Below are positions 12,089 to 25,436 of a DNA stretch of 64,000 bases, in pieces. The notes below the pieces were generated by a model, which was not told the origin of the DNA, made no database searches, and saw only the letters and a program-made list of their open reading frames with translations. The translations under genes were made by a program, and so were the position numbers. Every line of letters starts with the position of its first letter. Within the stretch, counting starts at the first letter, position 1. The DNA is from Ranitomeya imitator (Eukaryota): positions 552,606,001 to 552,670,000 of the forward strand of contig NC_091284.1 in NCBI RefSeq assembly GCF_032444005.1, given 5' to 3'.

Positions 12089-13538
12089 GACACCACACAC
12101 CATCCTGATGTGATGTACACTACACCACATACCAACCTGACATACACTACATACTTTCAATACGCGACGTGTCCTCTAACGTTTGGAGCTAATATTCCAT
12201 TCAAAAAGTTATATGGCGCTCCTTCCCTTCCGAGCCTTGCCGTGCGCCCAAACAGTGGTTTACCCCCACATGTGAGGTATCAGTGTACTCAGGAGAAATT
12301 ACCCAACACATTTTAGGATCCAATTTATCCTGTTGCCCATGTAAAAATTAAAAAAATTGAGGCTAAAATAATTTTTTTGTGGAAAAAAAGTACTTTTTCA
12401 TATTTATGGATCAATTTGTGAAGCACCTGGGGGATCAAAGTGTTTACTATGCATCTAGATAAGTTACATGGGGGGTCTAGATTCCAAAATGGGGTCACTT
12501 GTGGGGGAGCTCCAATGTTTAGGCACACAGGGGCTCTCCAAGCGTGGCATGGTGTCCGCTAGCGATTGGAGTAATTTTTCATTCAAAAAGTCAAATGGCG
12601 CTCCTTCCCTTCCAAGCCCAGTCGTGTGCCCAAACAGTGGTCCCCCCCCACATATGGGGTATTGGCGTACTTAGGACAAATTGTACAACAACTTTCGGGG
12701 TCCAGTTTCTCCTTTTACCCATGGGAAAATAAAGAAATTGTTGCTAAAAGATCATTTTTGTGACTAAAAAGGTAAATGTTCATTTTTTCCTTCCATGTTG
12801 CTTGGCTTCTGCTGCTGTGAAGCACCTGAAGGGTTAATAAACTTCTTGAATGTGGTTTTGAGCACCTTGAGAGGTGCAGTTTTTAGAATGGTGTCACTTT
12901 GGGGTATTTTCAGCCATACAGACCCCTCAAACTGACTTCAAATGTGAGGTTGTCACTAATAAAAATGGTTTTGTAAATTTTTTTGCAAAAATGAGAAATT
13001 GCTGGTCAAATTTTAAACCTTTTAACTTCCTAGCAAAAAAAAATGTTGTTTCCAAAATTGTGGTGATGTAAAGTAGACATGTGGCAAATTTTATTTATTA
13101 GCTATTTTGTGTCACATAACTCTCTGGTTTAACAGAATAAAAATAAAAAATTTGAAAATTGCGAAATTTTCAAAATTTTCGCCAAATTTCTGATTTTTTC
13201 ACAAATTAACACATAAATTATCGACCTAAATTTACCACTATCATGAAGCCCAATATGTCACGAAAAAAAAATCTCAGAATCGCTAGGATCCGTTGAAGCA
13301 TTCCTGAGTTATTACCTCATAAAGGGACACTGGTCAGAATTGGAAAAAATTGCCAGGTCATTAAGATCAAAATAGGCTGGGTCATGAAGGGGTTAAAAAT
13401 CGTTGGGTATCACAGTGTTGTTCAGGCACACTATCTGAGAAAATAAATAGTGATTGTTCATTTAGTGACAGATGACTGACAGCTGTGGGCTTATGGTTGT
13501 GAAACAGCAGGTTATAAGAGGGGAAGGCTACTTACAAC

Positions 13539-15940
13539 ATGAGTGGAAAACAAGGTCATGGAAGAAGGGGGAATTGGCTTGATGTTCGATGTGTATGTGG
13601 GTTAGGTGTTAATGTGTATGAAAGGTCAACTGAACTAACATTGTCTTATCCTATCCAAAGACCACAGACAACATCTGTTACTGGCCAGGCTACTCGTCTC
13701 CCTTTCTTTGGCAGCCACATGGTGGTACGCATTGCAGATGAAGCTCAGAAAGAGCATGTGCTCGAGTGGATGGCAAGCGCTGCATCAAGTGGCCTCTTCT
13801 CTTCTTCGTCCACCTTAATGTCACACACAGTAAAATCCTCAGAGGTGGCACCAAAATGCCCAACTGACTGTGGGGACCCTCAAATGGGCCATTCTGCAGA
13901 GCTTTTCACACACACTATTCCATGGGCATCAAAGGTCTGCTCCGAAGAATCACAGAATGCAAAGAAGGAATGCATCTGTGCCGATGCCCCAAATTTTTTC
14001 ATATTGGATCCAGAGCCGGAAAATGTTGGCAGCAGAGTCCAAACCCTCGTCATCAGTAATTAACCACCAAGGGGGAGGTGATCCTGATAAGACCTGATAA
14101 GACTCAGATACCAAATAAGCAGACTGTACTGTGGTTTCAGAGCAGGAATAGGAGAAGTGTGACTCTCAGGGTGACTCTCAGGGTGAGGAGTGTGAGAACA
14201 GAGAGGAAGATGAGGTTGTAGATCCCACTTGGTGTGAGCTCAGTGGTAAGCAGCTGAGTAGCTCAGCAGAGGAGGAGGAGAAGGAGGATGATGAGAAGGT
14301 TATGTTGCAGGTTCCCACACAGACACGAAGTGATGCAACCATGACAAGAACTGAGTCCTCAGTCCCAACTCTATCTGGTTGTGAGTATGCAGTTCGCAGG
14401 GGTGGCAAGGGCTGCATAGACCACAAAGTATTACCCAACACACATTTTCTGTCAAATTTGCAAAGAAAAAACACAGTAGAGGCAAAAATTACAATAGTTT
14501 GACAAATACATGCATGAACCAGAACATGTATAAATATGCCTTAGTGTGGGAATCTCACTGCCTAAAAATACAGACTTTCGGACTTCGCCAACAATAGGCC
14601 TTCCTATCAACTTCATCTGCTGCTTCCTCCTCCTCCTTAACTATGACAAGTCTTTTCACATAGGTCACTGGCCACAGAAACTACACCTGTTTACCACCTA
14701 TAGTCTGATTACGTAAGAGCCCATCAGCTGTTGCGGAAGTTGACATGACTGCTGATTTTCTGTCACCTAGCGCAACACATATTTCTTAATATACCATAAC
14801 ATCTCTGCCTGCACCTCACTCGCAGTCCAGTAGTTTGTTCTATTCTCCATTCTCCACCCTCTATCAACACAGCAGCCAACACTCGGTCCTGTAGTTGTGC
14901 TCATGCAAAAGAATGTTTCCTCCTACACATGCCAACGCTAAGAGCTTGAATTTCACAATCTCCAATCTGTTGGCGACGGTAATGCTGCCTTTTCACCTTC
15001 TGATTACAAACAGTTTCATAAAGTTAATGGTCATTGCAGTCCCCCAGTACTAGTTGCTCAGTTGCCATTACTTCTCTAAGAAAGCTGTGCCTGTGCTACA
15101 CCAGCATGTCGCCAACAACATCACCCATTCCCTGAAAAAATCTATGTCCGCCAGGGTGCATATCACCACTGACACCTGGAAGAGCAAACATGGGCAGGAG
15201 CATTACATCTCACTGAATTGGGCACTGGGTGACTCCACAAGTCTTTGAATCCCCAAGACAAACCTCTGTATGTAACACTTCCTCCACTGCTTCTGGCTCC
15301 TCAAGCTCCTCTAGGGCCTCCACCCGTTCCCTCAACCTTTTCCTTAATTCGACACAAGTTCCAAAAGTGCAGATAGAATCCCCCCACTTCAAAACTGTGC
15401 AGCCATAGCAAACTGCAATCAGGCAGTGTTCGAATTAATATACCTGGAGATCACAGTCACGCAGCTTAAGAGTTCTGGACAGCTGAGCAAGCTGTGTTAG
15501 AGCAATGCCTATCTCCATTGATCCTGGGGCCAGGGAAGGACATGTTCAATAATGGTGCAAACCTGGTGGCAGACCTACACAGGGGCAATCTCACACACGT
15601 GCTTTGCACGGCTCACTTGCTCAACCTGGTGGTACAACAATTTCTCTGCCACTATCCAGACCTAGATGCACTGCTACATAAAGTACGGTCGCTGCGTGCT
15701 CAGTTCCGATGATTGCAGCCCACAGTTCATCAAATTGCATTGCTACAGAGGTCATTTGACTTTCCGGTTAACCATGTGATTTGTGATGTTCCGACATCGT
15801 GGTATTTTACTTTGCACATGTTGCCACAGCTGTGGCAGCAGATATGAGCCCTGGTGCAGCATGTCCTTCTGCATAGCCTGGGCCAAACGCTTGTGGAGTG
15901 GATACAGAGGAAATACCAGGAAAGTTCAGAGAAGCCCAGC
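13539..15940 (+). pseudogene. hAT transposase pseudogene (C-terminus lost)
   Basis: Fragments ITTDTWKSKHGQEHYISL and HVLCTAHLLNLVVQQFL are typical hAT catalytic-domain motifs; many stops and frameshifts. Confidence 0.85.
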
Positions 15941-15944
15941 GCCT

Positions 15945-16247
15945 GCACACTGCAGTACGTTGCACTGCCCTCAGCAGGGCATATAAAGTCCGCCTGCGTA
16001 GGAGCCATGACAGGAAGCAAGGAAGTGGACGTCATAGCATGAAGATGGGAGGCGCCAGACCCGTACCGCGATGCCCATCAAACCGAACCGCACCGGACCG
16101 CCCCCCCGGGTGAGTATAATCTAACTTGTTTTTATTATCTTTCAGGTTACATCAGGGGTTTATCTACAGCATTACAGAATGCTGTAGTTAAGCCCCTGAT
16201 GGTGGTGGCCGAAGCTTATATACGAAAAATTAGGTGACAGATTTCCT
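15945..16247. mobile_element. T2/Kolobok-type MITE fragment (one terminus)
   Basis: Ends GGTGACAGATTTCCT-TTAA (TTAA 16248-16251), same terminus type as the MITE at 23733; left boundary approximate. Confidence 0.65.
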
Positions 16248-17161
16248 TTAATTGAAACTTCAATTCAAAGCTCTAAATGTTAGCCCAGACTCTGATATCT
16301 CAATCATAGCATATGGATGACCTGCTGTGCCATTATCAAATATCTACTGTATGTAAATTGATGCCACATTTCCTGTTGTCTTCCCCTTTTGGAAAATATT
16401 TGTATTTCAAGTTTTGTCTCTTTCATATGTGGTGCCTGTTGCAGTATGGCTCCCAGACCATTTTAGTCAACTATCAGTGTTACTATCCTTATATTTTTTT
16501 CTACCAATAATAGTCTGTTAAACTGATGTTTGTGCCACCTGAGTGTGGCTGCAAAGCTAAAAAAAATTTGACCTGTTGAATTAGGCAAACTCCCAGCAAA
16601 GAAGATTTACACCGCTTCCTTATCCACCAGGTCCTCAATGAAACTTCAATTCAAAGCTGTAAATGCTGTCCCAGACCCTGATATCTCATGTATTGCACAT
16701 GGCTGACTGCTTCTGTGCCATTATAAAATGGTGTACTGTGGGTCAATTGATCAGTCAGCTGCCTGTGTTACTATTCTTACATTTTTCTACCTATAGTAGT
16801 CTATGAAACTGATGTTTTTTCCACCTGAATGTGGCTAGGAAACTAAAAAATATTCTGCTGTTGCATGAGGTATTAAGTCTTCCAGCTAAGAAGGCTTACA
16901 CTGCTACCTTAACCACCAGGTCCTCATTGAAACATCAATTCCAAGATCTAAATGCTGGGCCAGACCCTGCTGCCCCATGCATGGCCTTTGGCTGTTTGGG
17001 TAGCTTTTTGTCACCCCATAAGGTGTGGTGTATACATTTGTTTTGTCCTCCCATTGAATCTAGTGACTTTCAGGTACGTTTGTCAAACTGTTCAGTGAAC
17101 ATGTTTAGGGAATGTCACGTTTGGTGAATCTACCAAACCTTGAAGGGTTCGATCATCTCCA

Positions 17162-17576
17162 GTGTTGATTCTTCTTTTATCTTGTTTCTTTATAGTCAAG
17201 GTTTCACATCCATATTCTACTGCAGAAAAAAAACAGACTATGTACGAGCCATGGTTTTGTTGCCAGTGAAAAGTTCCTCGATTTGAGGACCTTTGAGAAG
17301 TGACTTCTTTGTTGATTTGCCCATGGCTATTCTCCTATTGATGTCTGTTGTCATCGCTGCATCTTGAGAGATCACTGATCTGAGTAGATTGAAGTTCTTT
17401 ACAACTTCCAGTTCCTTGCCATTCAAATGTGTTCCGGTTGTACCTCGGAGTTATCAATATCTTTGTTTTCTTTGTATTGAATAGGAGTCAGATGCTTGAA
17501 CTTTGTGTCTTGACATGCCATAATAAGTCCTTCATACCATCTATGCTTGATGCTATCAATGTTGTGTTGCCTGCGT
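17162..17576 (-). pseudogene. RTE/BovB-like LINE, middle piece (C-terminal RT)
   Basis: Minus-strand peptides NTTLIAS, GKELEVVKNFNLLRSVISQD..DINRRIAMG and AVEYGCETLTIKKQDKRRIN. Confidence 0.85.
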
Positions 17577-18535
17577 TAGATATGGGCGGACACCGGGATG
17601 TTCGGGTCCAGTGGGTTAGACCGAACAGTTACAAAATGTTTGGGTTCGGGTACCTGAACAGTATCCGGACCCAAACCCAAACCCGGACCCCATTTACTTG
17701 AATAGGGAGGCCTGAACATACAGTGTTTGCCATGCTGTCATTTGCATGACAGTGCGGAAAACTCTGCTTCTGATTGGCGACAAAATCATCCCTGTCAGTC
17801 AGATAGCCGCATTCCCACGTTGTCTTTTGAGCATGCAGCTGTGATTGGAGGTAAAAAATTTACCTCCGGTCACTGGTGTCAGCTAATGGAACTACAGCTC
17901 CCATAAGCCAATGCCTGCTGTCGTTAATAATAGCGAGAGCAGGATCATATGATGGGTGTATTCATTAGCCGGCTCCTGCACAGTAAATAAATAATTAAAC
18001 AAAATTGAATTTTTGAGAACCAGCCAGACAAAATTCACAGCTGAGGACTGCAACCCTCAGCTGTCAGCTTCAGCAAGGCTGGTTATTAGGATTAGAGGGG
18101 TCCCAACGCCGTATTTTTAAATTATTTAAATGAATAATTTAAAAAACCTGCATGGGGTCCTCCCCATTTTTGACAACTAGCCTTGCTAAAGCAGACAGGT
18201 GGGGGCTGGTATTCTCAGGCTGGTAAGGGGCCATGGATATCGCCCCCAGTCTAAAAATAGCAGCCTGCAGCTGCCCAGAAAAGGCACATCCATTAGATGC
18301 ACCAATTCTGGCTCTTTGCCCAGCTCTTCTCACTTGCCCTATAGTGGTGGCAAGTGGGGTTAATATTTGTGGAATTCATCTCACTTTTGTATTGTCCAGT
18401 GACATCAAGCCCACGGCTTAGTAATGGAGAGGCGTCTATAAGACATCTATCCATCACTAATTCTATAGTTGTATGGTAAATAAACACACACTCAAAATAA
18501 AGTATTTTATTTGAAATAAAACAAAACTCCACTAC
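17577..18535. mobile_element. hAT-type MITE, left arm
   Basis: Starts TAGATATGGGCGGAC; 17720-18000 is the inverse complement of 45490-45780; degraded 8-bp TSD GCCTGCGT / GTCTGAAT. Confidence 0.75.
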
Positions 18536-18539
18536 ACTG

Positions 18540-19215
18540 GAGGACTTAATAATGGTGTCCACTCGCATCGATCTTCGGCATGCCGAACGAAGATTAGAGC
18601 GAGCTCAGTGTAGACCAAGGGTTCTGTTAGCCCCAAATTTTTCCAACCCTTTGGAATCTCCGGCTCAGATTAACGAGCCTGTGGAGTCCATGGAGGTATC
18701 TTGAGCAGAACCTAGGTCCCAGTCCATTTGTCCATGCCTGACCTGCTATGTTTGTAGGCAGGTGGGTCAATATGCTTATAAGTGTCCCAAGCAGCAGGGA
18801 AACGGCTGTGTCTAGTTGCTATCGGTGGAGGCTCACTAGACACGGCAGAGGTGTCCTCCAAATTAACCTTTAAGGTGACTCTGTCCTATGGATCGACCTC
18901 TCACATTATGAAGGCTTGCATGGATTCCAGGGCTGAGGGTAATTTTATGTCTTCAACCTTCGCTCAACAGCATGCAATACCCCTGGTGATGCTCACTAAG
19001 CCAGTTACCATCCAAGTGGTTAATGGTTCCGCGCTATCCTCTCAAATCACTCATCAGACCATTCTGCTTACTCTCGTATTTTCTCCAAAACGCCAGGAGA
19101 TAATCTCTTTGTTGGAGGGAATTGATGAGTTACTGTTAGGCATGCCTTGGTTGCGTCACGACTCACCTCACATTGATTGGGCTACTGGGAGCATAAAGGG
19201 ATGGAGTAGGTCCTG
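18540..19215 (+). pseudogene. gag-pol: Host Gypsy (family B), piece 1: gag end and protease; 5' LTR missing
   Basis: Degenerate zinc knuckle CYVCRQVGQYAYKCP, GGGAAAC at 18797-18803, gag stop at 18813-18815, protease MDSRAEGNF and LLLGMPWLRHDSPHIDW in the -1 frame. Confidence 0.85.
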
Positions 19216-19978
19216 TGTTATGATCTGGTGGCCTAGGAGCAGCATGAGACGTACGCTGGAGAAGGTGGTACCTTTACCGACCGCAAACCCTGAACTAGCA
19301 GCGCAACTAGAAGTAGCTGTGGGGGGTACCTAACACTCCCTAGACCCCTCGACACAGCCTAAGAACTAACTACCCCTAAAGACAGAAACGGGAAAACTAT
19401 CTTGCCTCAGAGAAAATTCCCAAAGGATAGACAGCCGCCCACAAATATTGACTGTGAAAGGAGAGAGAAATAACATACGCAGACATGAAATCAGGATTTA
19501 GCATAGGAGGCCATACTAGCTAAAAAGGAAGAATAGGACAGACTACTATGCGGTCAGTATTAAAACACTAGAAAATATCCACCACAGAAAATACAAAACA
19601 CCACATCTGACTAAAGACATGGAGGGTATATCTGCATCTCCAGAGACACAGCTAGGCTGCAAAAAATCCTTCACAGACAAAGCTGGACAAAACAAAACAA
19701 GAAAATGCACAGAATATAAGGTCCACAGCAGGTGGACAGCAAAAACAAGGCCAGAACTTATCTTTGAAGAAATGAACAGCAGACCAGGAGAGACCAAGTA
19801 TGGATGTGAATCCTCCAAAAACAATGGCCAACTGGCACTGACTAAAGGATAAAGCAGGACTTAAATAGCCCAGCCCAAATTGCAAAAAATGGATACACCT
19901 GATAAATGCTGCGATCCAACTACCGCAGCACTACCACTCATAACCACCAGAGGGAGCCCAAGAGCAGAATTCACAACA
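19216..19978 (-). repeat. 3' LTR of the minus-strand chromovirus
   Basis: TG...CA ends; follows the PPT on the minus strand; about 15 differences by eye from 24489-25249. Confidence 0.95.
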
Positions 19979-22900
19979 GTACCCCCCCTTGAGGAGGGGT
20001 CACCGAACCCTCACCAGAGCCCCCAGGCCGATCAGGACGAGCCAAATGAAAGGCACGAACCAAATCGTCAGCATGAACATCGGAGGCAACAACCCAAGAA
20101 TTATCCTCCTGGCCATAACCCTTCCATTTGACCAGATACTGAAGCTTCCGCCTCGAAAAACGAGAATCCAAAATCTTCTCAACCACATACTCCAACTCCC
20201 CATCAATCAACACCGGGGTCGGAGGATCAGCAGAGGGAACAACGGGCACCACATACTTCTGCAACAAAGATCTATGGAAAACATTATGGATGGAAAAAGA
20301 GGCTGGAAGGGCCAAACGAAAAGACACTGGATTGATAATCTCAGAAATCCTATAAGGACCAATAAACCGAGGCTTGAACTTAGGGGAAGAAACCTTCATA
20401 GGAACATGACGGGAAGACAACCAGACCAAATCCCCAACCCGAAGTCGGGAACCAACACACCGACGACGGTTAGCAAAACGCTGAGCCTCCTCCTGAGACA
20501 ACACCAAATTGTCCACCACATGAGCCCAAATCCGCTGCAGCCTGTCAACCACTGAATCCACACCAGGACAATCAGAAGGCTCAACCTGCCCTGAAGAAAA
20601 ACGAGGATGAAAACCAAAATTACAAAAAAAAGGCGAAACCAAGGTAGAACTAGCCCAATTATTAAGGGCAAACTCGGCCAATGGCAAGAACGCCACCCAA
20701 TCATCCTGATCAGCAGACACAAAGCATCTAAAATAAGTTTCCAAAGTCTGATTAGTTCGCTCCGTCTGGCCATTTGTCTGAGGATGAAATGCAGAAGAAA
20801 AAGACAAATCAATGCCCAGCCTAGCACAAATGGCCCGCCGAAACCTAGAAACAAACTGGGAACCTCTATCTGACACAATATTCTCCGGGATGCCAAGCAA
20901 ACTAACCACATGCTGAAAAAACAACGGAACCAAATCAGAAGAGGAAGGCAATTTAGGCAAAGGTACCAAATGAACCATCTTAGAAAACCGGTCTCAAACC
21001 ACCCAGATAACTGACATCCTCTGGGAAACAGGAAGATCTGAAATAAAATCCATAGAAATATGCGTCCAAGGTCTCTCAGGGATCGGCAAAGGCAGAAGCA
21101 ACCCACTAGCACGGGAACAGCAAGGCTTAGCCCGCGCACAAATCCCACAGGACTGCACAAAAGAACGCACATCCCGTGACAAAGAAGGCCACCAAAAGGA
21201 CCTACCAACCAAATCTCTGGTACCAAAAATCCCAGGATGGCCAGCCAACACAGAACAATGAACCTCAGAAATCACTTTACAAGTCCATCTATCAGGAACA
21301 AACAGTTTCCCCACTGGACAGCGGTCAGGTTTATTAGCCTGAAATTCCTGAAGAACCCGTCGTGAATCAGGGGAGATGGCAGAAAGAATCACCCCTTCCT
21401 TCAAAATGCCGACCGGCTCAAGAACCCCAGGGGAATCAGGAAAAAAACTCCTAGAGAGGGCAACCGCCTTAACATTCTTAGTACCAGGAAGGTACGAGAC
21501 CACAAAATCAAAACGGGAGAAAAACAGGGACCATCGAGCCTGTCTAGGATTCAGTTGTTTGGCAGTCTCGAGGTAAATCAGATTCTTATGATCGGTCAAG
21601 ACCACAATACGGTGCTTGGCCGCCTCAAGCCAATGACGCCACTCCTCAAATGCCCACTTCATAGCCAACAACTCCCGATTGCCGACATCATAATTGCGTT
21701 CTGCAGGCGAAAACTTCCGAGAAAAGAAGGCACACGGTTTCATCAAGGAACCATTAGAATTCTTCTGAGACAAAACGGCTCCTGCCCCAATCTCAGACGC
21801 GTCAACCTCAACCTGGAATGGAAGAGAAACATCCGGCTGACGCAACACAGGGGCAGAAGTAAATTGGTGTTTACGCTCCTGAAAGGCAGAAACAGCCGCA
21901 GAGAACCAATTCGTCACATCAGCGCCTTTCTTCGTCAAATCAGTCAGAGGTTTAACCACACTGGAGAAGTTGGCAATGAAACGACTTTAAAAATTAGCAA
22001 AGCCCAAGAATTTCTGAAGGCTCTTCACAGATGTGGGCTGAATCCAATCATGAATGGCCTGAACCTTAACTGGATCCATTTCTATAGATGAGGGAGAAAA
22101 AATGAAGCCCAAAAAAGAAACCTTCTGCACTCCAAAGAGGCACTTCGACCCCTTCACAAACAAAGCATTATCACAGAGGATCTGAAACACCATCCTGACC
22201 TGCTTCACATGAGACTCCCAATCATCGGAAAAAATCAAAATATCATCCAAATATACAACCATGAACTTATCAAGATAACTCCAAAAGGTATCATGCATGA
22301 AGGACTGGAACACAGATGGGGCATTAGAGAGTCCGAATGGCATCACTAGGTATTCAAAATGGCCTTCGGGCATATTAAATGCAGTTTTCCACTCGTCACC
22401 CTGTTTAATACAAATAATATTATATACCCCTCGAAGGTCAATCTTAGTAAACCAGCTAGCCCCCTTAATCCTAGCAAACAAATCAGTAACCAAAGGCAAA
22501 GGGTATTGAAATTTGACCGTGATCTTATTCAAGAGGCGATAATCAATACACGGTCTCAAGGAGACATCCTTCTTGGCAACAAAAAAAAACCTGCTCCCAA
22601 TGGTGAAGAAGATGGCCGAATATGCCCCTTCTCCAAAGACTCCTTAATATAGCTCCGCGTGGCGGCATGTTCTGGCACAGACAGGTTGAAAAGTCGACCC
22701 TTAGGGAACTTACAACCTGGAATCAAGTCAATAGCACAATCATAGTCCCTATGTGGTGGAAGGGAACTGGATTTAGGCTCCTCGAATACATCCTGGAAAT
22801 CTGACAAAAACTCAGGAATTTCAGAAGAGGGGGAAGAGGAAATCGACATCAAAGGAACGTGATCATGAACCCACTGACAACCCCAACTAGTCACAGACAT

Positions 22901-24372
22901 GGATTTCCAATCTAACACCGGATTATGTAGCTGTAACCATGGAAAACCCAGCACAATATCATCATGCAAATTATGCAACACCAGAAAATGACAATCTTCC
23001 TGATGGGCTGGCGCCATGCGCATGGTCAGCTGTGTCCAAAACTGAGGTTTATTTTTAGCCAACGGTGTAGCATCAATCCCCCTTAAAGGAATAGGGTTCT
23101 GCAAAGGCTGCAAGGGGAAACCTCAATGTCTGGCAAATTCTAAGTCAGAGCGGCGCCTGAATCCACAAATGCCATGACAGAAAATGACGATAATGAGCAG
23201 ATCAAGGTCACAGATAACAGAAATTTTGGTTGTACAGTACTGATGGTAACAGAACTAGCGATTCTCTTTGTACGCTTAGGGCAATCAGAAATAACATGAG
23301 CAGAATCGCCGCAGTAAAAACACAACCTATTCTGACACCTAAATCCTTGTCGTTCAGCTCTAGGCAAAATCCTATCACACTGCATAGGCTCAGGGCTCCT
23401 CTCGGAGGACAACTCCACAGTGTGCACAACTCTGCGCTCGCGCAAGCGCCGATCAATCTGAATGGCCAGAGACATAGAATCAATCAGACCAGCATGCGTG
23501 GGGATCCCCACCATAACATCTTTAACGGATTCAGAAAGACCCTTTCTGAAAATTGCCATCAAGGCATCCTCATTCCATTTAGTTAGTACAGACCATTTTC
23601 TAAATTTCTGGCAATACGATTCTGCCGCTTCTTGACCCTGACACAGGGCCAACAAGATCTTCTCAGCTTGATCCACAGAATTAGGCTCATCATACAATAA
23701 CGCCAATGCTTGAAAGAAAGAATCAACATTAAAGGGAACCTGTCACCTGAATTTGGCGGGACCAGTTTTGGGTCATATGGGCGGAGTTTTCAGGTGTTTG
23801 ATTCACCCTTTCCTTACCCGCTGGCTGCATGCTGGCCGAAATATTGGATGGAAGTTCATTCTCTGTTCTCCGTAGTACATGCCTGCGCAAAGCAAGATTA
23901 CCTTGCGCAGGCATGTACTATGGAGGACAGAGAATTAACTTCAATCCAATATTTCGGCCAGCATGCAGCCAGCGGGTAAGGAAAGGGTGAATCAAACACC
24001 TGAAAACTCCGCCCATATGACCCAAAACTGGTCCCGCCAAATTCAGGTGACAGGTTCCCTTTAAGCAAAGCAGGATTGCCAGATTCCAGGGAAAATGCCC
24101 AATCCTGTGGGTCACCACGCAGCAAGGATATGATGATTTTAACCTGCTGAATGGGATCACCAGAAGAACGGGGTCTCAATGCAAAAAACAGTTTACAATT
24201 ATTTTTGAAACTCAAAAATTTGTATCTGTCACCAAAAAATAAATCAGGAGTGGGAATCTTAGGTTCTAAGGCAGGAGTCTGAATAATAAAATCTGAAATA
24301 CCCTGTACCCTAGCAGCAAGCTGATCCACATGAGAAACTAACTCCTGAACATTCATGTTAATACTAGGTTCC
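19979..24372 (-). pseudogene. gag-pol: gag-pol of the minus-strand chromovirus (gag-PR-RT-RH-IN-chromodomain), frameshifted
   Basis: ORFs 23898-24518, 23140-23706, 22556-23113, 21987-22559, 20994-21959, 19971-20978 tile the domains in order. Confidence 0.93.
23733..24060. mobile_element. 328-bp T2/Kolobok-type MITE inserted in gag
   Basis: TTAA at 23729-23732 and 24061-24064; near-perfect full-length inverted repeat starting AGGGAACCTGTCACC; removal restores gag NPALLNVDSFFQAL. Confidence 0.95.
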
Positions 24373-24488
24373 GTAGCCACCCAGAGATTAAGAGGGAAGA
24401 GAACACAGAATAGACTGGGGAAAAAATGGCTCAAGAGCTTCCTTCCCTTGTTCTGAGATGCATTTAACTCATTGTTGGCCAGTTGTAC

Positions 24489-25249
24489 TGTTATGATCTG
24501 GTGGCCTAGGAGCAGCATGAGACGTGCTCTGGAGAAGGTGGTACCTTTACTGACCGCAAACCCTGAACTAGCAGCGCAACTAGAAGTAGCTGTGGGGGGT
24601 ACCTAACACTCCCTAGACCCCTCGACACAGCCTAAGAACTAACTACCCCTAAAGACAGAAGCGGGAAAACTATCTTGCCTCAGAGAAAATTCCCAAAGGA
24701 TAGACAGCCGCCCACAAATATTGACTGTGAAAGGAGAGGGAAATAACATACGCAGACATGAAATCAGGATTTAGCATAGGAGGCCATACTAGCTAAAAAG
24801 GAAGAATAGGACAGAGTACTATGCGGTCAGTATTAAAACACTAGAAAATATCCACCACAGAAAATACAAAACACCACATCTGACTAAAGACATGGAGGGT
24901 ATATCTGCATCTCCAGAGACACAGCTAGGCTGCAAAAAATCCTTCACAGACAAAGCTGGACAAAACAAAACAAGAAAATGCACAGACTACAAGGTCCACA
25001 GCAGGTGGACAGCAAAAACAGGGTCAGAACTTAACTTTGAAGAAATGAACAGCAGACCAGGAGAGACCAAGTATGGATGTGAATCCTCCAAAAACAATGG
25101 ACAACTGGCACTGACTAAAGGATAAAGCAGGACTTAAATAGCCCAGCCCAAATTGCAAAAAATGGATACACCTGATACATGCTGCGATCCAACTACCGCA
25201 GCACTACCACTCATAACCACCGGAGGGAGCCCAAGAGCAGAATTCACAA
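24489..25249 (-). repeat. 5' LTR of the minus-strand chromovirus (outer 2 bp missing or mutated)
   Basis: Direct repeat of 19216-19978; TATTTAA box at 25134-25140 on the minus strand. Confidence 0.93.
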
Positions 25250-25436
25250 TTGTCCTCTGAGGGACAGTGTCTTAGGGCCCAAGATAAGATTGGACCATCT
25301 GAGGTCGCTTCAGATCTTACTCCTCTTCCTAAGCACTATTGACAATATGCAGAAATGTTTTCTAAAAAGTCTGCGAAGACTCTTAATCCTCATCGCCCCT
25401 ATAATTGCCCCATAGACCTCATTCCAGGGACAGAAC
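25250..25436 (+). pseudogene. Host Gypsy (family B), piece 2 (PR-RT linker)
   Basis: Reads LPKHY*QYAEMFSKKSAKTLNPHRPYNCPIDLIPGTE and continues PPHGRVYHL after 41117. Confidence 0.85.

Larger units (their letters stand above)
8619..13392. mobile_element. Non-autonomous piggyBac-like element (~4.8 kb including a nested MITE)
   Basis: TTAA-CCCCTTCTCGACC ... GGTCATGAAGGGG-TTAA (13-bp TIR, 2 mismatches); no transposase ORF. Confidence 0.8.
7406..17161 (+). mobile_element. Large hAT DNA transposon with nested insertions
   Basis: 8-bp TSD GTATTGAT (7398-7405) / GTGTTGAT (17162-17169); right terminus GGTTCGATCATCTCCA; left terminus missing about 7 bp; decayed transposase at 13539-15940. Confidence 0.75.
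19216..25249 (-). mobile_element. Full-length chromodomain Gypsy retrotransposon (sushi/Tf1-like chromovirus), decayed
   Basis: LTRs 19216-19978 and 24489-25249; PPT at ~19979-20002; gag zinc knuckle CFYCGDSAHVISDCP, protease DSGA, RT YLDD, RNase H, integrase, chromodomain YVVEKILDSR..QYLVKWKGY. Several frameshifts. Confidence 0.96.

Noticed and set aside
14085-14185. Short tandem duplications (CCTGATAAGA x2; GTGACTCTCAGG x2)
   Set aside because: Ordinary slippage events in a dead transposase.
25245-25260. TSD for the minus-strand chromovirus
   Set aside because: Left flank TCCTG is not repeated on the right, where the terminal 2 bp are also missing; GTCCT occurs on both sides but offset. 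A small deletion is likely, so no TSD is claimed.
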